This document shows, piece after piece, positions 24,401 to 35,813 of a stretch of 64,000 nucleotides of DNA. This DNA is from Azolla caroliniana. Lineage: Eukaryota > Plantae > Polypodiophyta. A program made the position numbers and the translations under genes. The stretch spans positions 16,678,001 through 16,742,000 of the forward strand of contig JBHGNT010000001.1 of NCBI GenBank assembly GCA_043228905.1. The letters run 5' to 3'. The notes beneath the pieces were generated by a model, which was given only the letters and a program-made list of their open reading frames with translations, was not told where the DNA came from and ran no database searches. The number at the start of each line of letters is the position of its first letter. The stretch's first letter is position 1.

Positions 24401-25741
24401 CGATCCCGCTCGTCGACCGACTTGACAAACAGCAAGACCCGGCTCGTGTCCAGGATGGTTCGGTCGAGCGCCGAAAGGCGCGCAAAGTTTTCCTCGAACT
24501 CCCGGAGGAGTGCCGACGCGTTTCTTCCCTTCCCCGGGGACTCCACCCATTCCATGAACCTTCGCTTCGAAAGCCGGAGCGCGTCGTCCAGCCCGTATTT
24601 CTCTAGGAGCCGACCTTCGAACTCCTCCCAGGTACGGCTCTCCGCCCGCACCTCGAGCACCTCCGCATGGATGCTCGGCATCGCCACTCGGGGAAATCCG
24701 GCAAGACGCCTTCCTTCCGGAATGTCCCGCATCAGCATCTCTGCACCGTAGGACGCCAAATACTTCGTGGCATCCTTCCCATCGAACCGGCCGATCGTAC
24801 CGACGACCGCCTCAATAGCTCTGTCGAGGGCACCGGTGCTCTCGCGCGCGTTTACAATCCGATCCACGGCCGAAGCCATGGCCTCTGCGAGATCCGACCC
24901 CCTCATCTTCTGCTCTTCTGCCGCCTCTTTCACGTCGGGTTCACCAAGATGTCGGGATATTATGCAAGTGCGTGTGGAATCGAGGCGGGACCGCGGGGGT
25001 CTCGAACCAAAGAGCAAGCGAGGGAGGGGAAAGAGAGAGAACCGGCTACGCAGGACCGGGGGTACACAGGGACACGGCCCTTCAGCACGGAGAACACGAA
25101 CAGACACCGACACAGACAGATGCGAATGGCTAAATGTGTATATTAAGAAAAACGGCTAACACGACTACAACCCTCGACGGGGCACAGGTTGGTTACGACC
25201 GAACAGGCCGGCGAACAGATGCCGATGCCTGTTCACCTTGACGCTCAAAGGGGCTGTAGCTGGTCGGAGGTGCTGCCGGAAGCACTCGGGCGTTCCTCGA
25301 AAACAGCGCGAGCCTCCTCGGAACCCTGCACGGAAAGCTATGGAGCTCAAGAAGGAAGGAAACAGAGAGCGAAGCGTCCAGAAACGGTCTGGCAGCACTT
25401 CGTCCTCTCTGCGCGAGATATATCCCTGCAACAGCTCTTTCCCGCTCCTTATATAGGCCGACGAGCAGGCCGTCCTGTCAGCTTTATTCCCTGTCCCTTT
25501 TGGACAGGGATCCGCTCCGTTTTTCACGCATCCGCGTAGTTACGCCGCCGACTCGTACAGTTCGCGCGCGCGACCGAAAAGACTGTTCGCGCGGTCTTTG
25601 TCTCCACTTGAGTTAGGGCCCGTTCCTGCCGATTATCCTCCTAATTCGCTTCTATGTACTACTTGGAGCGTGCGCGCGTGAAGAACCGGTTCCCACGCCT
25701 TGGTGCGCCGATTCCGCCTATGGACGGTTTTCTTCACGACA
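21497..25741 (-). mobile_element. W2: very young Trp-primed gypsy deletion derivative
   Basis: 792-bp LTRs 21497-22288 and 24950-25741 (about 3 substitutions seen), Trp PBS, PPT-like AGGTGGGGGCGGA, 4-bp TSD CCGG. Confidence 0.95.
22360..24906 (-). CDS. Intact in-frame Gag(N-terminal)-RNase H(C-terminal)-integrase fusion, ~848 aa
   Basis: Open ORF; junction GAALEE|DEDGNRFPIRFG near 24145; HHCC and D,D,E integrase; no protease or RT. Confidence 0.85.
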   Translation of the reverse strand: MRGSDLAEAMASAVDRIVNARESTGALDRAIEAVVGTIGRFDGKDATKYLASYGAEMLMRDIPEGRRLAGFPRVAMPSIHAEVLEVRAESRTWEEFEGRLLEKYGLDDALRLSKRRFMEWVESPGKGRNASALLREFEENFARLSALDRTILDTSRVLLFVKSVDERDREQVGLLLETEDGLTTDWAAVKKVCGRFDKRREWADNGVTGSGSVAARKFEPAPQVRKEETREWLETGSASTGIVRGSTGGAALEEDEDGNRFPIRFGAKVLSERQRGYAQVKRELWGVVSAVKADKDYLIGTEVIIETDCMPILGMISGCATPDLAMLRWIAYIKSLDPVIRHISGKDNAMADMLSRARFDDEGGMVSEDEDVGVDFFETAYVTTDGTSTPALNDFDASKYDGEWLQIGGFLKTMTPDASWTKDEADRIRKKAYRFFLRDSCLWKHPKKKDGVPLRVVAMKEEQEELLTAYHDSPWAGHRGTWATFEKLKGKYWWPGQYQDVHRFVTTCESCQMHSTVRHRDELHPTYPPTIHFKWMVDLVTMPMGVGQMRYLVLAREDLTNQVEGRALPNKTTAAVCRFLVEDVICRYGCVGKIVADRGELDAEEAAELFDRLGVKLSLTTAYNPEANGKVERGHGPIVKALVRACRGRVGNWPRLLPYALWADRTTHSSVTGYMPTELMFGQKPIMPMERTISSWATVDWRDEMSREELLAARIRQLERRPEDVELAAEKLRVARRKNKARFDRTHRLRPKKIEEGDWVLVYDSSLDNQHRATRKFARRWFGPYVVRSANDNGTYHLAELDGTRMTIPVAGKRIKAFKKRHDDEPDPALLVGSDERSENEEEPMGEE

Positions 25742-25745
25742 CCGG

Positions 25746-28700
25746 AACAGTAATAGATGGAGGATCCGACGTCAATGTGATTAGCCTCCGAAAATGCACA
25801 ACCTTGGGAATCCAAGAGTGGGAACCATGCCCGTTTTGGCTACCGATGGTGGATACAAGCTCAATGCGACCAACCGGCTTGATACGAGATTTGGAAGTAA
25901 CAATCGACGGCCACACATTTCGCATCTCGGTAGTAGTGCTACAATTATAGGCGCTATTGTTGGGGTGGCCATGGCTAAAAACGGTGCACATTAAACAAAA
26001 TTGGAGGAAGAACATAATCACCTTCCGGCGGGGAAAAGCAAAAGTACGGGTACCGACACAACCACAGACGGGTACCAGGAAGGAATTGACACCCCTATAT
26101 GCCGAATGTGTCAATATGATGGACGGATTAGCAGACAAAGAGGTGGAGCAATACTTGCAAGATAATCCAAAGATAGTACCTCTGTTTGAAATCGACGTAG
26201 CTGAAGCTGTATCACCATACATATTGCCACCGGACAGAGCGGACGAAGAACCAAATAAAGAAGCAATCCGGGAGCTACAACAAGCACAAGAAGCGCTGGA
26301 AAGAGAAATGGCCGTATCACAACGGGTTAAAGCATCCCAACTAGAGGAGGTCAATCTAGGAACTACGGAAGAGGCGAGACCGGTGTAGATAGCCAAGGAA
26401 ATGACTACGGAGAACAGAATGGCGATGATTACACTTCTCAAAGTGTTTCGGGACGCGTTTGCCTGGTCCTACGAGGATATGAGAGGGCTCGATCCTCAGC
26501 TATATCAACACCAGATACATTTGAGCAAAGACGCCAAACCGGTAGCATAGCAACGGTACCGGATGAATCCAAACTACGCTGCCAAAGTTAAGGAGGAAAT
26601 TGATAAGTTGCTGAGAGTTGGCTTTATCCGTCCCGTAAAGAAATTGACATGGCTGAGCCTGATAGTAGTCGTACCAAAGAAAAATGGCAAAATTAGAGTA
26701 TGTGTCGACTACCGGAAGCTTAATGCGGCAACGGTAACTGATGCATTTCCACTTCCATTTACGGATGGAGTTTTGGACGCTGTCGCCGGCCATGAGGTAT
26801 ACAGTTTTTTAGACAGATTCAGCGGATACAACCAAATCCGGATACACCCCGATGACTAGGAGAAAACGGCTTTCGTCATTGAATGGGGAGTGTTTGTTGC
26901 CGTAGTGATGATGTTCGGACTCAAAACAGCGCTGACAACGTTCCAGAGGATCATCATGGAAATATTCGGCGAATTCATACCGGCGTTCATGCAGGTGTTC
27001 CTCGACGACTTCGCCGTTTACAGCTGGGAAGGAGACCACCTTCAGCACCTCCGACTGTGTTTAGAAAAGTGTAGGGCTTACCAGCTAAGCCTGAATCCGA
27101 CGAAGTGTGTATTTGGCATGTCCAGCGGTAAAAGCAATCCTGGAGGCACCGGCACCAAAAACGGCAAAGGCATTGAGCCGTTTCTTAGGCCAAATCCATT
27201 GGCATAGCCGAATGCTCCGGTATTTGGCGGACCTGGCTACACCACTGCATGTTGCGGTACACCGGACACTGTTCTAGTGGACCGACACCGAAGACAAGGC
27301 GTACCGGGCACTCAAAGTTTTATTGTCGCAACACCGGTAGTGCAACCCTCGAATTGGGCGAAGGAATTTCATGGATGCGTCCGACATTGCAGTCGGGAGT
27401 GCGTTGATGCAACTTACGGAGCCAAGATGGTACCGGCCCATATATTACGCAAGCCGGAAGTTATCCCAAGCGGAACGAAATTACTCCACCACAGAAAGGG
27501 AAGCTTTAGGCATGATCTACAGTGTAACAAAATTCAGGCACTATTTATTGGGAAGAAAGTTTTCCTTCCATATAGATCACTCGGCACTCCTCTACCTAGT
27601 GTCCAAAGCGTCACTTACTGGTAAGTTGGCCTGGTGGACTTTGCTATTACAAGAATTCGAATTCGAGATATTCCACCGACCCGGCATACAGCATGCGGTA
27701 GCAGATTATTTAAGCCAGTTAGATTCCGGCGAAACCGGCGACGGAGTACCGGACGAGTTTCCAAATGCTGAGCTATTTCGAGTCACCGCAGAAATGGCAA
27801 CAGATGAAACGGTGGCACCAGAAGATAAGTGGCTAACAAATATGCACCAATTTCTGAGCATCGGATTGCCTCCGGAGGAGATGAACTGGGACGAGAGGAA
27901 GCGCCTGGCGGTACAAAGCCGACACTTCTGTTTATTACAGGACACGCTATACCACAAAGGTGCGGACGGTATATGGCGATGAGCGGTGCACATCGACGAG
28001 AAAGAGGTAATATTACAGGAAGCACATTGCGGAGTCGCCGGAGGCCATTATGCCGGGGATGCTACAGCAAGGAAGATATGGCAAACTGGCCTATGGTGGC
28101 CGACTACATTGAAAGACGCAGTCCGGTACGCAAAAGAGTGTGATCTATGCTAGTGAATGGGCCAGCCAACGGAACAAGCTAGGATGCCGCACCAGCCTAT
28201 ACTACCGCTCGAACCATTTCAGAAATGGGGATTGGATTTTGTCGGACCATTTAAACCACTGGCAATGAGAACGGGCAACCGGTATGTGATCGTCGCGACG
28301 GACTATTGCATTAAATGGGTGGAAGCCAAAGCGTTACGAGACAACACCGCGGCGTCGACGGCAAAATTCTTATACGAATGCATTTGGTGCCGGTACGGAT
28401 GCCTAATAGAGCTGATAAGCGACCAAGGAGGACACTTTCTTGGACAGGTAGTGGAGAGCTTGACGTCATTCTATGCGGTAGTTCGTAAACGGAGCACCCC
28501 GTACTACCCACAAGCCAACGGATTAGCTGAGTCAACAAACAAAACGCTACAGAATATCCTGCGCAAAATCGTCAATGAAAATCGGACAGATTGGGACACG
28601 AAGCTGCACAGTGCGCTCTGGGCTTACCGAACAGCATACAAAACAAGCATCCACACAACACCGTTCCAGTTAGCATTCGGATTAGAGGCAGTCATGCCGG

Positions 28701-29308
28701 TCGAAATCCAGGTACCGAGCTTACAGATTCAGATTCGGGAACGACTCAATGAAAAGGAATCGGAGGCAATTCGGTTAAAGGCTCTGTGTGAACTAGAAGA
28801 ACACCGACTGGCGAGCGTCATGCACCTGGAATTGGAGCAACGGTGACGGAAAGCGTTTGTAGATCGGCACCAGAAGGGAAACGAAAAGATGTTCGGAATC
28901 AGCAAGCCGGTACTGGTGTTCTAGACCCGGATGGGTAAAATGCCAGGCAAACTACGGTTTAGATGGACCGGACCGTACTGGATCACAGAGGGGTTCAATG
29001 GGTCTTACTAGTTAGGTACACTTGCCGGCGAGGTGCTGGGCAAATGGGTCAACGGATTTAGACTAAAGACATACCAAGGACCTATGCCCAAGAACCCATC
29101 TGAACGAAGGGCTGCCACCGAATCAGACGCCGGCAGGCCAACCACGACGGTAACGTGTGAGGAAAACGGCTACCACCAAGCAGGTAAGGGGGAGCACGAG
29201 CCGGCAACCGGGGAAAGCAAAATGTCGGCAAACCGTCAAGAAGCCGGCATGGTGCGTGTTTCGGGTAAGGGTCCGATAGGACCGGAGAAAAATAAACCAC
29301 ACAATTAA
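25746..29308 (+). pseudogene. B pol: protease, RT (FLDD), RNase H, integrase
   Basis: IDGGSDVN, CVDYRKLN, DASD/EREALG, WGLDFVGP, ANGLAE; Athila/OTA-like appearance, no chromodomain. Confidence 0.9.
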
Positions 29309-29440
29309 TTTTACAAAAATAAAAAACAAAAACAAAAATAAAAATAAATCGAATGGAATCAAATAAATCATGAATAGGAGTGGTCGAAACGGCCATGCAA
29401 ACGAGGAGTAAAGAGGCACATCGAAAAGGTATGAGGGGCT

Positions 29441-31807
29441 ATGAATAGGACATTAAACCACCGTCACATGGCACGCAATGCTATTATAGTACACGACCTG
29501 CACATGCAGAGGCTCGAAAAAGGCGCCAAGATGCAGAGAGAAAAACCCCCACGCATCGAGACCTTCTCCTATCGCAAACCAAGGAGAACAGACGCAGACA
29601 GACGCGTGAAGATCAATCGCAGAGAGCTCGCACACAGAGAACCCCCTCACTCGAAACTTTCACTCTCACACTCTCCCTACCACCAAACCTCGCCAACGCT
29701 CTCCGACCTTGACGCAAAGATGGACTGCCAAACATTGTCTGAAGCCGCCAAGAAATGGCTACGGCAACACGGGCTGGAGGGTTTCTTGACGATCATGGAG
29801 GCGGCGCCACACAAGGAGGCTGACAAGATTATCAAAGAAATTGACATAGAGGTGATCACGGAGGAGGCGATTCGTGCGTTAATAGGCCTTCCGGAGGGAG
29901 GCATCTACACGATCGACAATCCTACCTCCGAGCAACTCACCAAATATTTTGGTGAGTACTCTCTCGCCAGCAAGGGCTACAGGACACAGGGCGGCGAAGA
30001 TATGTTATTTCGCGAAATTGCCCGTGTTCTCCATGAGTTCGGCCACGAATACCCTCGACCCCCCGTCATGCCTCAGAACTGTGTAGGCTCGATTATCGCG
30101 ACGTATGAAGGGGTCAAGGTGGATTGGCCGGTGCTGATCGCTGACGGGCTGTGTACGGCTATCGATATAGTAAGAGGAAAGGACGGCAAGGAAGAACGGA
30201 AAATATGGCATGCGGTGACGCAATGGCTCACCCTATTGGCGCCATCGGTCGAGCCCGTCCAAACCAAGAAGCGGGGAAGAGCAACGGACGGCACCCCGAA
30301 AACTGCTTCGAAACGGCAACAATTGTTGGTCTCCAAGGACGCTAAGGGGAAGACGGCCGACGCAGAGAAGGCGGCAAAGGAGCGCGCCAACCGGAAGCGG
30401 CTGACGGACAGACACGAGGAGACACTGGCACGGCCCCTAAAGAGCCCACTCCACCGACCGGTGCAGCAAGAAACGGACACCTTGGCGGCAAGAATGAATG
30501 TCGGGACTCAGGCGGAGGAGATGGAGGAAGAACCCACGGAGCACGTCCAGCGGTGGCCGGTGAAGGGCATCGTTGAATCAACCGGGAAGCGTTCGGACCC
30601 ACAGAAGGATGGAACGCCTGCAACTCACACTAAGCATCCCACGCCAAGGGAGGCACCGGAACCGGTCACAGAATTTCCTGCACAACACGCAACACCAGCA
30701 AGCCCCGTAACCCAAGACCCGGTTATACAAAGGCCAACCTCCTCAACCGGCCAAGAACAAGCAGACAAGGGTCGGCTAGCCGAAACACACTCAGAGCCGG
30801 AACGACAAAGTGGTCAGCAGGCAGAACCAGAAGTGCAGCTCGACGCAGTAAAGCGGGACCAACCACCGGCGAGTGAACCCATCAGCCAACCCTCCGTGCA
30901 AGCGCAACAACAGTGCACCGGCAGCCAATGGCTCCGGTGGATAGGAGAACAAATTGCCGGAGTAGTCGGATGCATAGAGGCGGAGGAAAGAGCGCAAACG
31001 GAACGGTTGATCGTCACAACCGATGAACTCGAGACGGCCCGTTCAAGGATCCAGTGCCTCGAACAAGACTTGGATCGGATCACAGGAGACATGGACAAAA
31101 TGGCCTTAACCGCAACGCAGATCCAAGCACCGGTGACTCCGGTTGATGTACAGAGGAATAAGACCCCGGAGACACAAACTGTCCCGGAGAAAGATGCGGC
31201 GCAAGCCCAAGAGCTTGCGGAATTACGAGATGAACTTGCCGTACAAGAAGCATTACGGAGCTGCGAACGCGACTTGAAGAAGGCGGCTGAAGAAGAATTA
31301 AAAAAGACTGCTGAGAACCTTCGCCGGGCAGAGGAAAACCTGCGTAAAGGACATCAGGTATACGATCGGCTAAAGGAGGAAAAAGAGAAATTGCTGTAGG
31401 AAAAAGACAAGCTGCGACAGATGGCGGAGACAGAAATCGAGAGGCTAAAGGAAGAACTCCGTCAACAGAAGGACTGGGAGGACCGCGCATGCCGGTAGAT
31501 CAACCAGAGGCTGAAGCAGAAGACCGATGATTTTGATCATCTGCACCGGGACTACAAGTAGCTGGAGACGGAGTATAAGCAATAGCAGGAACGGATGGCC
31601 GAGCTCCGGCAAGAAGTTGATAGGGCCACAACGGCACTCGCCGAAGAATGAGCTGAGAGTTCCAAGCTATTGGAGGAGGCGGTGATGAACTGGATGGAGC
31701 TCCACACGCAAAACCATGAAGAAAAAGAAAGGGCGACAATGGTGTTACAGAGGTTGCAAACAACCTATCAAAGTCAATTGTATATAGGGATCAGGAGGTA
31801 GACACGG
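29441..31807 (+). pseudogene. B extra 3' ORF (aORF/env-like position), N-terminal part
   Basis: 652-aa ORF after integrase with coiled-coil C-terminal half; continues 32898-33536 beyond the W1 solo LTR. Confidence 0.75.
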
Positions 31808-32894
31808 TGTCGTGACGTGGCTCGCCTAGAAGCGTAGCGTTGCGTAGACAAAAGATTTGTGAAAGTGAGGAAGGAATCACTAGGATTATGGACGGAAGAG
31901 ATGAAAGAGTAGAGATAGATAAATAGCGATCAACAAGATATGACAAGATAGGATATACAATGACATTTGAAGCAATAAAAGAGATTTATAATTATTTGAT
32001 GAAAGAGTTACAAAAGTGGTTGTACACGTCGTTGAACCTCCGAACTTTGTCTTGCAAGGTAATCGCTCTTCTCTTTCTTGATCGTAGAACACTACAATCT
32101 TCACTTCAATATTTTGATGAAGATAAGGCTCGAACCGCCTCCCTCTTGTTGAGAGTTGAACACCACGACCGCCAGGCTAGAGCTCCACCTTTATCTTGAA
32201 CTTCTTCCTTTCTTTCTCTATTTTATGGTATCTCTTATGTAATATATATTTGATTGATATCTCATACATATCTCCCTTTGATCTTCTCTTTCACCATTTA
32301 AATAGGTGCCCCCATGCATATGATGCATTGGAGGGTACAAGTCATGCATGTAGTGCATGAAATGCATGTGATGCATGATCACCATTTGGCGTTCATGCAT
32401 TACATGTGATGCATGATAAACATCTCGCTCATTTTGAGCTTTTATGTATGAAACAATATATGCAATAAGAATAAACATGAAAATATAATCTTAAATAGAA
32501 AGGGCCTAGCCTAATGGTAGGTGTGTTGACTTTGGTGTATGAGGTTGTCGGTTCGAGTCTCAACATACAACTTTATTTTTATATCATGAAGCAAATCCTT
32601 TATGTAATATAAAGTATATATAAAGTATGCTTTATTTTATGTATATTACTAGTATAGAGTAAATGGTAAGATTTGAGAGTCATAGGGTGGGGTTATTGGT
32701 TCAAGTCCTCTCTTATTCGTGTAATATAATATATTTATCTATATATATATATTATTTTTCTTTACATATATATAATATTATCATATGTGTTGTTAATATT
32801 ATCTTTATATATAAAACATGATCAAATGTTATTTTAGTTACGTATTTATCTTATTGTAGACTTTTAATGTGAAGCTTTCGTAGAAAATAAATCA
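31808..32894 (-). mobile_element. Solo LTR of W1
   Basis: Copy of 7373-8462 with no PBS or internal sequence, flanked by ACGG on both sides; right terminus lacks ~6 bp. Confidence 0.85.
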
Positions 32895-32897
32895 CGG

Positions 32898-33536
32898 ATG
32901 GGAGCCGAACGGATCCAATGCATCCTCCGGTCATGGATCACTAAGACCAAAAGCTTGATTGACGACAACTTTGTGCGTTGGTGGACGAAATGGGCGCAAA
33001 ATACGGCGGAACTCCAATTACTCAGGGCGGACATAGAAAACCGGCGGAAGGAGGGTGACGATTGTTATACGCTGACATCAGAGGACTTCACCGCCATAAG
33101 GGATGAGCTGGCCGAAGATTTCACAGCCCTGGCGGATGAACAATTGGTACAGGTCCGGCATCTCGTAGCTCAACTGGACGACGATCGGCTGGAGGGTCAA
33201 ATCCAGTTTGAGAGCTATGAGCGGTCCCGGCGTCGGGAAGAAAAAGCGAGATAGGCGGCAACGGTCAACCTTAGTGATAAGGAACCATCGCCGGTACTAG
33301 GACCAGACGGGGACCAGGCCGGGGTCAATAAGCTAGAGACAACTCTGACGGAGGAACCAACGAAGGAAACGCCGGTGCCAGAGCAACAAACGGAGCCACA
33401 ACCCCAAACGGAGAAGGCACAAACGGAGCAGCCACAGCCACAAACGAAACAACAGCCACAACAACAACAACAGATTCCCAACGAGCCATTGGAAATTTTG
33501 GAGCAAAGCAATCTGGACATTTTGGACGAAGCGTAA
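32898..33536 (+). pseudogene. B extra ORF C-terminal part (Q/E/P-rich tail)
   Basis: Continuation after the solo LTR, stop TAA at 33534-33536. Confidence 0.75.
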
Positions 33537-33590
33537 AAGGGCCGGATAATGGGTTCGACGTACAAGGTACTGTCCCACGGGCGTGCCATG

Positions 33591-34052
33591 TGTTACCGGC
33601 TGGCAAGAAGGCTTAAGGAGGTCCAAACTAGAGTGTGAAAAGGAAGAGTTTATTCGGGAAATGTTGTAATTAGTAGTATTAAAATATATAGTAATATATG
33701 AGAAGATGTGGACAGATGGACTAGAATCGGTATGCCGATCCGGATCCAGACCGATCCCGAAAAGGTGCCGGTTGGCACCGTTTTGTATTTCGCACCGGAG
33801 ACCTATATAAAGGCCCGGTTACAATGTAATTGCGAGCGGATAATTAATAGAGCTTATTGTCTTAATCTGCCAGTGTTGATTACCGTTCTGTATTCATTGT
33901 TATATCTTACGCGTGTTAATTACGGATTGCTAAGTAACCAATTAAAGTCTAATTAAACGTTGTGTCGTAAGTCATCCTACCGTAACACCCTTTGGTGAAG
34001 TGTCTTAAGTGGACACCCTGTGTTAGGCTGTTGTCCGGCCCTAGGATTAACA
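33591..34052 (+). repeat. 3' LTR of B
   Basis: Near-identical to 12889-13350, followed by TSD CACCC. Confidence 0.93.
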
Positions 34053-34057
34053 CACCC

Positions 34058-35035
34058 ATTCGTGTTCTAGTTCTCGGTGACGTGCTCACTCATGTTCGTG
34101 TTCTAGTTCTCGGTGAGGACCACATGGTCGCTCACATCGTTCGTGTTCGAGTTCCCAATGAGGGTCACATGGTCGCTCACTCCCGTTCTTGTTCCAGTTT
34201 TTGGTGAGGACAACATGGTCGCTCACTCCCTTTCGTGTTCCAGTTCTTGGTGAGGACCAGATGGCCATTCACGCCCATTCGTGGTTCCAATGAGGACCGC
34301 ACATGGTCGCTCATGTTCCGATTCCCAATGAGGGCCACACATGGTTGCTCACGCCTGCTCATGTTCAAGTTCTCGGTGAGGGCCACACATGGTTGCTCAC
34401 GCCCGCTCGTGTTCAAGTTCTCGGTGAGGACCGCATGGTTGGTCACTCTCGTTCGTATTCCAACTCCCGGTGAGGACCGCATGGTCGCTCACTTCCGTTC
34501 ATGTTCCAGTTCCCAGTGAGGGCCGCATGGTCGCTCACTCACGTTCATGTTCCAGTTCCCTCACTCTCGTTCATATTTTGATTCCAAGTGAGGCGCTCGT
34601 GTTCCATTTCTCAGTGAGGACCCCACATGGTCGCTCATGTTCCAATTCCCAGTGGGGGCCAAACATGGTTGTTCATGCTTGATCGTGTTCAAGTTCTCGG
34701 TGGGGGCCACACATGGTTGCTCACACCCACTCGTGTTCAAGTTTTCGGTGAGGATCGCATGGTCGCTCACTCTCGTTCGTGTTCCGGTTCTCGGTGAGGA
34801 CCACTTGGTCGCTCACTCCCATTCGTGTTCTAGTTCCTGGTGAGGGCCACATGGTCTCTCACTCCCATTCGTGTTCCAATTCCCTCACTCTTGTTCATGT
34901 TCCAGTTCCTAGTGAGGACTGCATGGTCACTCACGCCCGTTCATGTTCCTGATGAGGACCGCACATGGTCACTCATGTTCGTTGTTGTTCGTGTCTCCAG
35001 TGAGGACAACACATGGTTTCTCACGCCCACCACTT
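34058..35035 (+). repeat. Tandem array (~20 units, 38-48 bp) inside element A
   Basis: Core GTGAGGACCGCATGGTCGCTCAC followed by ..CGTTCGTGTTCCAGTTC. Confidence 0.9.
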
Positions 35036-35089
35036 CCCGTTCACCCCTACATCGTGCTTTCGAAAAGGCGGTTGTAAAGGGGAGGATAA

Positions 35090-35813
35090 TGTCACAGACA
35101 TGACAACAACTATGTCAAGATTCCAACTCTTGACCTCTTTGTATTATAGTCAAGGGTTATATTATAACCAACACTTCCAAGTACATGGTCATGTTATGTA
35201 CATCTTCGTAAGAAGGGAATTTCTTCCCCTAAACCATACCTGCCACAATCTAATTATATTACATAGACGGGTCCTCTGTCTAATTCTAATTATGCTCGAG
35301 GGAGCCCCGATCACACTCTGAGGGGTCCCCCAGGGACTATGCTACTCAGTCCCGAGTGAGAAGTCCTTTCATTTTCCGGAATTAATTTATAAATTACCCT
35401 TCCAGGCGGTTGACAAAGCAATTACTAGTGGTCCCGATGCAACTACTAATCATCTATTCATATTCTAGAGTTTTTAGAAAGTTCTAGAATAGAAGGTTCT
35501 AGAGGGTTCTAGAATATTCTCCAAAATATTCTCTAGAATATTCTAATGCATGTACTTCAACTCATAGTATAAATACTTGTAACCTCCTTGGTCCCTTTCA
35601 AGGGATTCAACACCAGTCATTCACACATCAATCTAGTATTCACGTTTCGCCGCATCTTTATCTCCTTGATCATTATTTCTGTCTTCATGCCGTCATGTCG
35701 ATCACGACATCTAGAGTTCCTAGCGTCGTCACATCTAAGCTCCAATTTCATCCGTCGCTCGTAGCCCCATCATGTATGCTCTGTCCTAGTCCATGCTTGG
35801 TGTGTTTATGACA
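35090..35813 (+). repeat. 3' LTR of A, with ~240 bp absent from the 5' LTR
   Basis: TGTCA...TGACA termini, PPT upstream, TSD downstream. Confidence 0.88.

Larger units (their letters stand above)
6089..34052 (+). mobile_element. Element B: tandem (three-LTR) non-chromovirus Ty3/gypsy with extra 3' ORF
   Basis: LTRs 6089-6326 (truncated), 12889-13350, 33591-34052; a single TSD CACCC (6084-6088/34053-34057) flanks the whole array. Confidence 0.87.
5076..35813 (+). mobile_element. Element A: non-coding (non-autonomous) self-priming LTR element, expanded by nested insertions
   Basis: LTRs 5076-5561 and 35090-35813, TSD GGTCC (5071-5075/35814-35818), PPT AAAGGGGAGGATAA before 35090; C2 integrase resumes after the TSD. 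Confidence 0.88.

Noticed and set aside
22201-24751. Long antisense ORFs (245 aa, 242 aa and others throughout)
   Set aside because: Shadow frames of GC-rich retroelement coding sequence with no recognisable motifs.
24907-25113. N-terminal ~69 aa of the 917-aa ORF call
   Set aside because: Derived from LTR/PBS sequence with a non-ATG start; the likely start is the ATG at 24906, as in W4.
34058-35035. CRISPR-like array of palindromic repeats
   Set aside because: Linkers are homologous to each other rather than unique spacers; no cas genes; lies inside a plant LTR element.
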